Shown in pieces: positions 47,196 to 56,728 of a DNA stretch of 64,000 nucleotides. The stretch lies in the IMG/VR virus record IMGVR_UViG_3300044615_001997, one strand, 5' to 3'. The stretch's first letter is position 1. Every line of letters begins with the position of its first letter. The translations under genes and the position numbers were made by a program. Origin of the DNA: a virus. The notes below the pieces were generated by a model. The model was given only the letters and a program-made list of their open reading frames with translations. It was not told the DNA's origin and searched no databases.

Positions 47196-48122
47196 ATGGC
47201 TAATGCCGCAATTTTAAAATTACTAAAAAATAAGTTTGGTAAAGCCAAAGGGGTTTCAGGTGGGAATTACCGTGTAAAATGTCCCACCTGCGAATCTAAA
47301 AACAGCGGCAAAATGAAACGCTATATTTCACCGGCGTGGCCTATGAGCAATTGCTTTATTTGTGAAAAGCTTTTAAAAGTAAGCGATCTTTTAACTACTG
47401 AAAGTTTTGCCTTTGTTGCTAATTATGACGTTGGTTCCGAGGAGATAGATGAATACCCTAAAGCAAAAATTTATCCTTTTGAAAAGGTAAACTTTTTGCA
47501 TGCTATGTCGGAAAACGAGCCAGTGATTCAATTCATGAAAAAAGATCATCTGACTGACTTTGCCTACTACTCTTCATTAGGTATAGCCTATATTCCTATT
47601 GATGGTGGAATGAATTTAGAGTTTGACTCTGGCTATAAAATTAACACAGCGGACAGCCTGTTTTTCCCTGTACGCCATAATGGCAGGTATGTCGGTTGGC
47701 AATTACGTTTCATTCCAGGAACAATCAATGGCGATCGTTTGCAGTATATGCGCTATCTCCACATGTTCCCGAAAGGAAATTTTTTGTACAACTACGACAA
47801 CGCTAAAAAACATGACAACGTTATTGTGGTTGAGGGAGTTAAGAAAGCTTTAAAGCTGCCAAATTCCGTAGCAACCTTTGGAAAAGGTATTTCTTCCGCA
47901 CAAAAACAGTTGATTCAAGAATGGAAGCGTATTACATTGATTCTCGACGGAGAAAACCAAACTCAGGAATTAGCACAAGAACTAACCGCCGAGTTTAAAT
48001 ACAATGGTAGGCAGGTAGTGAACGTCGATCTCAGAGATTATGGTTTAACTTCTCCCGACGAAGCCACAACAGGACAACTAAACGAAATAGTCACCAAGTT
48101 ATGGACACCGCTAACTCAGTAG
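47196..48122 (+). CDS. DNA primase (zinc finger + TOPRIM)
   Basis: CPTC...CFIC zinc finger, FFPV..NGRYVGWQLR, LYNYD, VVEGV, ATFGK, LILDGE. Confidence 0.8.
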   Translation: MANAAILKLLKNKFGKAKGVSGGNYRVKCPTCESKNSGKMKRYISPAWPMSNCFICEKLLKVSDLLTTESFAFVANYDVGSEEIDEYPKAKIYPFEKVNFLHAMSENEPVIQFMKKDHLTDFAYYSSLGIAYIPIDGGMNLEFDSGYKINTADSLFFPVRHNGRYVGWQLRFIPGTINGDRLQYMRYLHMFPKGNFLYNYDNAKKHDNVIVVEGVKKALKLPNSVATFGKGISSAQKQLIQEWKRITLILDGENQTQELAQELTAEFKYNGRQVVNVDLRDYGLTSPDEATTGQLNEIVTKLWTPLTQ

Positions 48123-48646
48123 AATTAGAGCAAATTAAAGCACGCTTAGAAGAAAATTATTCTTATATCAGAAGCGTCATTCAACCAGGTTATGAATATC
48201 ACCCTTCACCAAAATTTGATAAAGCTTTTATTAAAGCAAGCAAGTTTTGCAAAGACAACAATTTGTCACCGGAAGAATATGCCTATGGTTTGATGTATAG
48301 TTTGGAACTCGGAAGAAAAGAATGCTTTTATCCTTCCTACTTTGGGTCTGCCACAGCCAATCAAGCTGTGCTCCAATACAAGAAAGAAAAAGCTATTGCT
48401 TACGAAGACTTACTAGAACATCAAAAAGACTTATTGTATATACAGATCAATAAGTTGGGGCGTGATTACAAAGCTGTTCTAATGGATCCCAGGTTAAAAT
48501 TCCATGCCTGGTTCAGGATATTGGCTACTGCCAACCCCGAACCAGACATTATCAACAAGTATAGCGATACAGCCAGAGCTGAAATGACGCCTGAATTGTT
48601 GGCTTTTTTGAAACAAAACAACCTAGATCTAGATAGAATATTATGA
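48101..48646 (+). CDS. hypothetical protein (possible helicase loader)
   Basis: 181 aa between primase and helicase. Role inferred from position only. Confidence 0.5.
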   Translation: MDTANSVELEQIKARLEENYSYIRSVIQPGYEYHPSPKFDKAFIKASKFCKDNNLSPEEYAYGLMYSLELGRKECFYPSYFGSATANQAVLQYKKEKAIAYEDLLEHQKDLLYIQINKLGRDYKAVLMDPRLKFHAWFRILATANPEPDIINKYSDTARAEMTPELLAFLKQNNLDLDRIL

Positions 48647-50043
48647 ATAAAAACTTATACGAAGATTCCGATTTCATTGAATTAGTCATTAAGCATATTG
48701 TTAGAGATAACAATATCTACAATTTGGCTAAAGCTTATGACTTCGGTATGGATGATGTTGGAAGTATAGATATATACAGGGCGTTCATCAAAATTGTTTT
48801 TGATGTAGGTGAAGTGCCTATCAGCATTAACTTGTTCCTGCTAAAGATCAAGGAGGCTTACTTACACGGACTACTAAATCAAACACAGGAAAATCAAATA
48901 CTCCAATTTCTTTACTGGATCTATGATGAACAACCACTCGATTCAAAATATATCGAGGAGCATATTCCTAAAATGCTGAAGCATAGAAGAATGGGAGCCA
49001 TCTTAAACTCAAAGGAAAAAGATTTCGACAAGATTGCACAAAATCTCAGTTCGTTGGCTTTTCAATTTGAGTCGGCTAAAGATTCTGAAGACGACACAGT
49101 GTTTTACCCATTCCTGAACCCAGTGTTCAAAACAAAGCAAGAAGCCTATGGAACAGGATTTATGGAAATTGACGCAGTGGCAGCAGGCCTAACACGTCAG
49201 GAATTTGGCTTGATTATTGGATATTCTGGTTCGGGTAAAACTGCTGTGGCGGTACATTCAGCACTACAAAACGCACTCAACGGAGTTAAAGTGCTCTATA
49301 TATCTCTTGAGGAGTCTTCTCCCAATATCTCAAATCGTCTCTATGCAAATTATTTTAATATAAATTATAGCGACCTTCACCACGTTAGAAACGGTGCCAA
49401 TGCCGAACTGCAGAGCAAAATTTCAGAAATGAAACCTGAAGAGCTTGATGTTCTGAAAAATATCAGAATTGCCCCACTAAAAGACAAGGCTCCTGTTACT
49501 GTGAGGTTTATAAAAGATTATCTAGACAACCTATATAAAACCGAAGGTTATGCGCCTGAGCTAGTATATATAGATCAGATGGATTATCTCGAACCTTCTG
49601 AAGATTGTGATGCTTCATGGGAAAAATACTCCAAAGTTGCTTTCGAGGTAGACGATTTATCTAACCACCTCATTGGTGGGGAGAAGCCCTTCTCGTTATG
49701 GTTACTTCATCAAGCCTCTGGAAAAATGAAACGTTACTTCACCAATGCCGACATTTCGGGGTTTAAAGGAATTATTAAACCGGCTGACTTTGTTTTGGGT
49801 ATTGGTAAAGATAAACCTGAAGATGAGACTGTTTCGCTGTTCTCCTTAAAATGCCGACATTCTAAAAATTTCACTTTTGATTACTTTGCTGACTTGGCCC
49901 ATATGCGTTTTGGAGCCATGAATAAGGGAGGCGAAGCAAGAATCAAAAAAGAAAAAGAAATGTTGGGGAAATCTACGAGACGCTCACACTTCAATACACC
50001 TAAACAACAAACATTACCATCACCCGACGGTGCTTTTGATTAA
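48643..50043 (+). CDS. dnaB: DnaB-like replicative helicase
   Basis: TGFMEID....GL, GYSGSGKT, LYISLE, VYIDQMD, LHQ, ADFVLG, KCRH. Confidence 0.85.
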   Translation: MNKNLYEDSDFIELVIKHIVRDNNIYNLAKAYDFGMDDVGSIDIYRAFIKIVFDVGEVPISINLFLLKIKEAYLHGLLNQTQENQILQFLYWIYDEQPLDSKYIEEHIPKMLKHRRMGAILNSKEKDFDKIAQNLSSLAFQFESAKDSEDDTVFYPFLNPVFKTKQEAYGTGFMEIDAVAAGLTRQEFGLIIGYSGSGKTAVAVHSALQNALNGVKVLYISLEESSPNISNRLYANYFNINYSDLHHVRNGANAELQSKISEMKPEELDVLKNIRIAPLKDKAPVTVRFIKDYLDNLYKTEGYAPELVYIDQMDYLEPSEDCDASWEKYSKVAFEVDDLSNHLIGGEKPFSLWLLHQASGKMKRYFTNADISGFKGIIKPADFVLGIGKDKPEDETVSLFSLKCRHSKNFTFDYFADLAHMRFGAMNKGGEARIKKEKEMLGKSTRRSHFNTPKQQTLPSPDGAFD

Positions 50044-50594
50044 TGCTATTTACTGACGACATACATTACTGTGCTAGCTACGTTCCAGAAAATTTTGAGT
50101 TTGTTGTTTTGGGTACCACCCAAATACTCAGAGATATTCCAGAGCTAGCTTATCCTGTGGTAAAAGAAACTATCATTGGAGATAATAAATTCATATCACG
50201 TAGTTATGATGACGTTTATTTAATACCCATAGCCTCTAGGTTGGAATACACCAAAGAGGCTATGGAAATCCCCCTAGAACTTAAATATGACGAATACAAG
50301 AAGCTCAAAGAGATAGATTTAAAAGATTTTAAATTAGACGATGAGACTGAAACGTTATTAGTAAGATACCCGCTTTCATTCACTCCGGACGTTGATAAAG
50401 AAATAAAGCTTAAACTGCACGAAGGCAAGTTATATAAACGAATTAAATTATCCGAAGATGGAACTATAATGAGCGATGATTGGGAATTAATACATCCCAA
50501 CCACCCATTCATAAACTCATTCATGAATGACATGGTGGAGGATATATTAAAAGAATTATCGCTCGGAGAACCACAAGACGAAAATGAATACTAA
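50043..50594 (+). CDS. hypothetical protein
   Basis: 183-aa ORF with a TAATG overlap. Confidence 0.55.
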   Translation: MLFTDDIHYCASYVPENFEFVVLGTTQILRDIPELAYPVVKETIIGDNKFISRSYDDVYLIPIASRLEYTKEAMEIPLELKYDEYKKLKEIDLKDFKLDDETETLLVRYPLSFTPDVDKEIKLKLHEGKLYKRIKLSEDGTIMSDDWELIHPNHPFINSFMNDMVEDILKELSLGEPQDENEY

Positions 50595-51018
50595 AGAACA
50601 AACATTTACAATTAAACAATTTGACACCTGCTCGAAGAGCTTTCCTACCGTTAAATTTGAAATGCCTGAATCTTCATCATTAGATGATGTCATCGAAGCA
50701 TTTGAAGCATTCTTAATAGGTGTGACTTTCGAGCTGCCTAAAGGAGCCAGGCTAGGATTGGTATACGATGAGGAAACAGAAAGACAGAAGTTGGAAGAAA
50801 AATATGGTAAAGACGAAGATAAAATTGACTCTGGAAAAGAATATCAAACATTAGCAGGAACTACACCTGATGGTGGAGGTTGGTCGATTTCTCATCCTGT
50901 GTGGTCGGAGTCTTTTACTTATCCAACAACTCAAACACTCACCACTTCTACTCCAATAACACCAGCACCGGCAAAGACCGCTAAAAAAAAGAAGAGTAAA
51001 AAGAAGAAAAATAAATGA
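50584..51018 (+). CDS. hypothetical protein with Lys-rich tail
   Basis: LDDVIEAFEAFLIGVTF core and C-terminal KKKKSKKKKNK. Confidence 0.55.
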   Translation: MNTKEQTFTIKQFDTCSKSFPTVKFEMPESSSLDDVIEAFEAFLIGVTFELPKGARLGLVYDEETERQKLEEKYGKDEDKIDSGKEYQTLAGTTPDGGGWSISHPVWSESFTYPTTQTLTTSTPITPAPAKTAKKKKSKKKKNK

Positions 51019-54000
51019 AAGCTAAATTAGCTATAGGACGTCGACTCACGGCGAGTGAAGATATTTTAAAATGCGAGATAGCTGAACTTCGCCATGAAAC
51101 TGCAAAAAAACTTGGTTTGAAGGATCAGCATGGTCTGACTGGTTCAGATGAGTCTAGACTCGAGAAACATAAAGTTGGTGTTGGTGGAGAAATAGCTGCA
51201 GCTGCTTGTTTAAAAATTGAAAATTTTATTCCTGGCGAAGGAGGGTTCAAGAGAATTCCAGATATAAATCTTGTTTGGCGTGACGGTAAGTATGTTTATG
51301 ACCCAAAACAAGACCACGGAGGTTTAGAAATCGAAGTCAGGACTTCTACCACACACGACGGAGCTCTTATTATAAGAGATAGCGATAGGAAATATGGAAC
51401 TTCTAGACCCTTTATTCTCGAGACTTTTGAAAATGGTCAATATGTTATGCGGGGTTGGATTCCAGAAGGAAGGTTAGCTTTTCAAGATAAATATTATACA
51501 GACAACAACAATAATCGTACTAAGGCATATTTTATGCCTCAAGAAGATTTATACCCCCTTGAATCGTTATATGAATTAGTAGGAATAAACGTTGAGGATG
51601 TATTATCTACACCAGGTATAACAACCGGAGATACTGAAATAAAAGAAAAAGTACGTGTAGCTCCTCGTGGTAAGCGTGGAGCAAAGTACATGCTTATCTA
51701 TTCGCATCCCGGCAAGGACGATCTGCAATCTAAGATGTTTGGTTATGCTGGTTACGCTGCCGAAGAAACTATCGCAGCGTTAAAGTCTGTGGGAATTGAC
51801 CCACAAGAATGTTATTTCACTGGAATGGTTAAGGAGGGTATTGGTAACAAGCCCAAGCCCACAGCAGAGCAAATTGAAAAATGGGCGGCTGAACTTGACC
51901 AGGAGATAGAGATAATTAAACCTAAAATAATCATCAGCTTGGGTGCCGAAGTATTTAAGCGGGTGATGAAAACAAATATCAAGGTAGGAGACTACATTGG
52001 AGAAATTATAGATTCTCCGTATGGAAAGCTTCTAGCTAATTATTCTCCTGCTATGGTGGTTGTTCAAGACCCAACCAAACGACCCGAATTCCAAGATATA
52101 TTTGAATTGGCTAAAAAAGCCGTAGAGAATAACTTGGAATACGACAAATATACTTACAAGGTAATTTCAGATCCTGCTGAAAATATAGCGGTATTGCAGA
52201 GTTACATCGACAGAGGTATGTTTAGTATTGGTTATGACGCTGAGTGGTTCGGGGCTAAATTCACCGATGATGAGGTGATGTACGAATTTCAATATAGCTG
52301 CGAAAAAGACGTAGCCATTATATTGAATATATCTCCTGATGGTAAAACAGAAAATCGTGAGCTGCTCAACACAATGAAGCTCATACTGGAGCATCCCAAA
52401 GCTGATAGGCTAGGATGGAACATCAGGGCTGATGACATTAGACTGGTTTATCGTGGGTTTAATCTCGCAGATGAAACTTTGGGGTTTGATGGAATGAAAG
52501 CTGTGGCTTTCTATGACTCTAGACTCGGTAAGGGATTAGAAACTGGGATTAAAAAATTTACAAATTATCCACCATATTATGTCCCATTTAATCGCAAGAT
52601 GAAGGAGCATAAGCTGGCTAAAAATGAATTGGCAAAACTCAAGTTTTTTGAACCCGATGTTTATTATAATTATTGTGCTGGTGACGCCGTGGCTCATCGT
52701 GAAGCATGTTTAAATATGCGTGACGGGTTTCCACAGGAAGTCTGGCCATATTATAAAAACGTATACTTACCATTGACTAATTACTTCTTGGATATGGAGC
52801 TTACCGGTATTCCAATAGATATGGATGTGTTGGAAGATATCACTGGAAAGTATATGTCTAAGTATGAAGAAATTAAGCTGGAGTTGGGGAATTTTCTAGA
52901 ACAGAGCTATGGAATAAAGGAATTTAATCCTAACTCAGCTCTACAGAAAAAAGAGTTCTTGTTTAAAACTTTAGGGTTGAATCCTGCTTATTATACAAAA
53001 GCAGGTAAATCACCTAAGTCTAGGACATGGTGGGAGAGACAAAAGCCACAAACTCAAAAGTTATTCTCTCCTTCCACCAACGGTAAATCTCTATCCACAA
53101 TTAAATTTGAATTGGAGGAAGAGATGGCTAAAAACAATTCCCAAGATCTAAAAAACGCACATCAGGCAATTAGTTTATTGTTAAACTTGAACAGAGTTAG
53201 TGTTTTTGCCAATAAGTTCTTGTCCAAGAAAGGTATAGTTGTGACTGAGGATGATGACGATGAACCACTGAAACAGAGTTATTGGGCGGCTATTTCTAAG
53301 GATGGGAGAATACATCCCAGCTTTTTTGAGTTGCTTAAAAACTTCAGATCTTCGAGTTCACCAAACGTACAGAATCCAGCTTCCAAGGTGTTGACTTACA
53401 TTCCGGATATTTTTATCCCGGGATATAACAAACTAACTAAGGAGGAGCAATCACAACATGACTCCAAACTACCGGCAAACTTACGCAATATATTCTATCC
53501 AGGACATAAAGATTTTAACTGGGTAGAGTTGGACATTGCTGGTGCTGACCTGGCTATTATGGCCTTCTTGAGTCAAGATCCTAACTTTATTGGTGACATT
53601 CGAGCAGGAAACTTCCACCAGACTAAAATGAGGGAATACTTCCAGGATGAAACATTGAGCAAAAAGGACACGGCAAAGTATGTTATATCGAAAGGTATTA
53701 CTTTCCGAGTATCGTATACTGCAGGTCTTGATTTTGCTGCGATACCTATTCAGGCAGACATCTATGCTGAAAATGGACTACACGTTCCATTGCAGCTAAT
53801 TGAGTTTGCGTTGGAAACTTGGAAGCGTTATGAAACCTATATGCGCTATAGACAGCTCTGCAACCTTGAAGTACAAGAAAATAAAAGTATAACTTGTGCC
53901 AGAGGAATGCGACTCAACTTTGAAGAAACAGATAATTTTGGAATTCTTGCCGGATGGATGAATGAAAGTTTAGCCTTTCCGGTAGCCTCAGAATTAGCTC

Positions 54001-54308
54001 TCTTCATGTGGGAAGCGTCTGTTAATGTAAGAAACTTGTTGAAACGCGAAGGCTTATGGATGCGCTGGATTTACCCTGTGAATGTGGTGCATGATGCCAA
54101 TTACTGGATAGCTCACAAAGACTTGCTCAAGGGCAATTATCTTCCTGAGCTACTGAGAACAGTGTTTTGTAAAAGCACAAAAATTGCCACCGGCGATAAC
54201 TTAGGCTGTGAATTAGTCGTGAGTGATCGTTGGAAAGGCAAAGAAAAAATATTCGAAAAAGAAACCGTTTGGAATAACGAACTTAATGAATGGGTTTGGA
54301 GTTCTTAA
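51015..54308 (+). CDS. polA: family A DNA polymerase with N-terminal nuclease-like and UDG-like domains
   Basis: Exonuclease motifs YDAE, GWNIRADD, YCAGDA. Polymerase motifs DMELTGI, FNPNS, RSSSSPNVQN, A ELDIAGADL, B SKGITFRVSY, C VVHDA. UDG-like IKPKIIISLG domain. Confidence 0.85.
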   Translation: MKAKLAIGRRLTASEDILKCEIAELRHETAKKLGLKDQHGLTGSDESRLEKHKVGVGGEIAAAACLKIENFIPGEGGFKRIPDINLVWRDGKYVYDPKQDHGGLEIEVRTSTTHDGALIIRDSDRKYGTSRPFILETFENGQYVMRGWIPEGRLAFQDKYYTDNNNNRTKAYFMPQEDLYPLESLYELVGINVEDVLSTPGITTGDTEIKEKVRVAPRGKRGAKYMLIYSHPGKDDLQSKMFGYAGYAAEETIAALKSVGIDPQECYFTGMVKEGIGNKPKPTAEQIEKWAAELDQEIEIIKPKIIISLGAEVFKRVMKTNIKVGDYIGEIIDSPYGKLLANYSPAMVVVQDPTKRPEFQDIFELAKKAVENNLEYDKYTYKVISDPAENIAVLQSYIDRGMFSIGYDAEWFGAKFTDDEVMYEFQYSCEKDVAIILNISPDGKTENRELLNTMKLILEHPKADRLGWNIRADDIRLVYRGFNLADETLGFDGMKAVAFYDSRLGKGLETGIKKFTNYPPYYVPFNRKMKEHKLAKNELAKLKFFEPDVYYNYCAGDAVAHREACLNMRDGFPQEVWPYYKNVYLPLTNYFLDMELTGIPIDMDVLEDITGKYMSKYEEIKLELGNFLEQSYGIKEFNPNSALQKKEFLFKTLGLNPAYYTKAGKSPKSRTWWERQKPQTQKLFSPSTNGKSLSTIKFELEEEMAKNNSQDLKNAHQAISLLLNLNRVSVFANKFLSKKGIVVTEDDDDEPLKQSYWAAISKDGRIHPSFFELLKNFRSSSSPNVQNPASKVLTYIPDIFIPGYNKLTKEEQSQHDSKLPANLRNIFYPGHKDFNWVELDIAGADLAIMAFLSQDPNFIGDIRAGNFHQTKMREYFQDETLSKKDTAKYVISKGITFRVSYTAGLDFAAIPIQADIYAENGLHVPLQLIEFALETWKRYETYMRYRQLCNLEVQENKSITCARGMRLNFEETDNFGILAGWMNESLAFPVASELALFMWEASVNVRNLLKREGLWMRWIYPVNVVHDANYWIAHKDLLKGNYLPELLRTVFCKSTKIATGDNLGCELVVSDRWKGKEKIFEKETVWNNELNEWVWSS

Positions 54309-54587
54309 ATGTATAAAAAACACACACTATACACCTTTCAAAGCAACGAACCATGTCCACACTGTAATTCGACAAAAATTTTGAGCTTTGAAATCGAAGA
54401 AAACTTAAAAGAAATACATGTTGCTCGTTGCCAAGATTGCGGTATCGAAGATGTTGCGATATATGATCTCAGTAACGAGTACATGTACACAGACTATGGT
54501 GACACATACCACGAACCTGGCTATACCAGGGTTAAACAAATTAAGCGGCCTAGAAAGCTTGAATCTGTCCGACAACAGGAAGACTAA
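54309..54587 (+). CDS. zinc-ribbon protein
   Basis: CPHC...CQDC. Confidence 0.55.
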   Translation: MYKKHTLYTFQSNEPCPHCNSTKILSFEIEENLKEIHVARCQDCGIEDVAIYDLSNEYMYTDYGDTYHEPGYTRVKQIKRPRKLESVRQQED

Positions 54588-55296
54588 GTTTTTCTCCGGT
54601 CATAAAAACACATTTGGACTGCGGACAGGTTTACCTAAATATGGTGGAACCTGTCCCAGTGCAACCTTTGGCGAAGGCGGATGTCTATGTGGTAGGGGAG
54701 CTAAAGGCGAACCTACTTGCTATGCTGCCAAGCTGCGTAGAATATACCCTAATTATGGTAAAACCGAAGACTATAATACGGATCTACTTCTAAACGCCTC
54801 GTACGAGGATATGGTGGTCATTATTAGAAATACTGTTATGAAATGGCTCCTTAATGGTGGTCATAAAAAGCAGTACTTCCGCCTACATATGGGTGGAGAT
54901 TTCTTTAATGAAACCTATACTCGTGCCTGGAAGCATGTCATTGACGAATGGCCCCTGGTTAAGTTTTGGACTTACACCAGATCCATGTTCGCTCTACCTA
55001 TTTTGGCAGATTGTAAAAACCTGTCATTATATCTGAGCTGCGATCCTGCCAATGCCGAAGAAGTTCGTAAGGCCTACGAACCATATAAAAGCTACAGTAA
55101 TGTAGCCGTTGCTTGGATGGGGAATAGCTTTCCTGAAGCTGTTCTCAACGACAGGAAATATTTAAAATGTCCTGAAGTAGCCAAGAAGCTAAAAAGTACT
55201 AAAGTCGAAGGTGCATGCTCTAGGTGTAGAGCGTGCATTGACAGACCGTTGAAAGATGGTAAATTGAGGCATATTCAATTTCCTATCCATAAATGA
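54496..55296 (+). CDS. Gp88-like Cys-rich (Fe-S/radical-SAM-like) phage protein
   Basis: NRKT...FGL..G.....TCPSA....C...CYAAK, FRLHMGGDF, FWTYTRS, CPE...CSRCRAC. Start uncertain. Confidence 0.65.
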   Translation: MVTHTTNLAIPGLNKLSGLESLNLSDNRKTKFFSGHKNTFGLRTGLPKYGGTCPSATFGEGGCLCGRGAKGEPTCYAAKLRRIYPNYGKTEDYNTDLLLNASYEDMVVIIRNTVMKWLLNGGHKKQYFRLHMGGDFFNETYTRAWKHVIDEWPLVKFWTYTRSMFALPILADCKNLSLYLSCDPANAEEVRKAYEPYKSYSNVAVAWMGNSFPEAVLNDRKYLKCPEVAKKLKSTKVEGACSRCRACIDRPLKDGKLRHIQFPIHK

Positions 55297-55697
55297 ACGT
55301 GAATATTCATCAATACAACACTCCTCTTCTAGAGCTAGATAACAATACGGAAGTTGAAAAACTTTTGTTACCTAGCCTAGAATACGCCATGACGATAGCT
55401 TATCCACTACACAAACCCGAAACATTCAGAGTTATATCTGGGTCTAGCGGCGTTAGAAAAAGTGAGTTAGGAAAAATAATCATGGATGTATATAAGCAGA
55501 TCTATAGAGAAGAAGTCGAAGACTCGGGTCCTCCGATGTATCATCCGACAGAGCCCAGACGAATAGAGTCTAGTGGACGTCATGGTATCTGGGGGCATGA
55601 CCTAGAAGATCTCTGGTTGAGCTGGGTTGAAATAGATAATAACTTAAACAAAATAACACCTATTGTTACTACAAAAATAAAAACTTATGAACATTGA
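55293..55697 (+). CDS. hypothetical protein
   Basis: YPL..P, YKQIYREE and GRHGIWGHDLEDL motifs. Confidence 0.6.
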   Translation: MNVNIHQYNTPLLELDNNTEVEKLLLPSLEYAMTIAYPLHKPETFRVISGSSGVRKSELGKIIMDVYKQIYREEVEDSGPPMYHPTEPRRIESSGRHGIWGHDLEDLWLSWVEIDNNLNKITPIVTTKIKTYEH

Positions 55698-56385
55698 TAC
55701 AAATAAAATTAGAAGTACTTATTTTAAGGGAAAGAAAGCCTACTTTGTGAGCGATATTGCTGCACAGTTGGGAGAACGTCCTGTAAATCGACTTACAAAA
55801 AATAAAGCTATCTTCAAAGCTAGGGTTAAGGACGAAGGTAATAGTCAAAATCGTCGTCTGGTATTCCATAAAGATCTACAAAATCTTTCTATGGAAAATA
55901 TTGAAAAGGGAACAGAGAAACTTTCTATGTTTACACGCATTAAAAAATACTATCAAAAAAATAAAGAAAACTTCAAAGGCGCTGAAAAAAAGCAGACTCC
56001 TGTTTTAGTAGATATTTCACTAGATAAAATTCGCAAAACCTCTATTTCTTTGGAAAAAGAGCGCAATAATATGATGAAAGATCGTATTAAGCAGCTCTGT
56101 CAGAATGAGGGTAAGCGTACAGTCGCCGCCAAGAAAAAAGCTGGCGAGACTGTAGATGCTGAGCGTATGGAATATCGTGAGCCGTACCTAGTCATGTATT
56201 CGGCATTTGATCGCTATATGCGTATCGAGCTTAACAAGCTTAACATGACTTTGGAAGACATCGGTTTGGGTCGTGCCCGTAACGAGGGCAAGAAACCCTA
56301 TATCGACAGAATTGCTGAAGCAGGTCAGCTCCATAACTTGCTCGTCGTGGCTGAGGCGTTATTTCAGCCAAAAATCAACAACTAA
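55687..56385 (+). CDS. Bro-N/antirepressor-like DNA-binding protein
   Basis: N-terminal IRS....GKKAYFVSDIAAQLG resembles Bro-N. Basic composition. Confidence 0.5.
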   Translation: MNIDTNKIRSTYFKGKKAYFVSDIAAQLGERPVNRLTKNKAIFKARVKDEGNSQNRRLVFHKDLQNLSMENIEKGTEKLSMFTRIKKYYQKNKENFKGAEKKQTPVLVDISLDKIRKTSISLEKERNNMMKDRIKQLCQNEGKRTVAAKKKAGETVDAERMEYREPYLVMYSAFDRYMRIELNKLNMTLEDIGLGRARNEGKKPYIDRIAEAGQLHNLLVVAEALFQPKINN

Positions 56386-56397
56386 CACATACCATAT

Positions 56398-56655
56398 ATG
56401 GACAGAAAATACACAATCAAAATCTCGGATAACACCGGACATACAGAGCTCTTGGAGCAAACGACAAAACAAACCGTTGATGCTGTGATGGAGAAAGTTT
56501 CGAGCCATGCCCACTGGGTCTGGATCGATGGTCAACTGTTCGAGTTCGAGCAGGGAGATATCAACTCCAAAGCCAACGCCGATAAATTGGCTGCTCGTCT
56601 CGAAACTGCCAATGACCCCACAGTGGTCTTGTCAGGTACCCTCATCGGGGGTTAA
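56398..56655 (+). CDS. ubiquitin-like small protein with C-terminal Gly-Gly
   Basis: 85 aa. Strand-strand-helix-strand pattern (YTIKISD.TGHTEL...WVWIDG...VVLSGTLIGG-stop) compatible with a beta-grasp fold. Close to E1 and JAB genes. Confidence 0.7.
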   Translation: MDRKYTIKISDNTGHTELLEQTTKQTVDAVMEKVSSHAHWVWIDGQLFEFEQGDINSKANADKLAARLETANDPTVVLSGTLIGG

Positions 56656-56677
56656 TCGAGTCTAGAAGACTTAATCA

Positions 56678-56705
56678 AGAAGGGGGAGCTTCGGCTCCCC
56701 CTTCT
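56678..56705 (+). terminator. strong hairpin/terminator after the Ubl gene
   Basis: 12-bp stem AGAAGGGGGAGC-TTCG-GCTCCCCCTTCT then ATTTATT. Confidence 0.75.
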
Positions 56706-56728
56706 ATTTATTGCTAACCCATACACTT

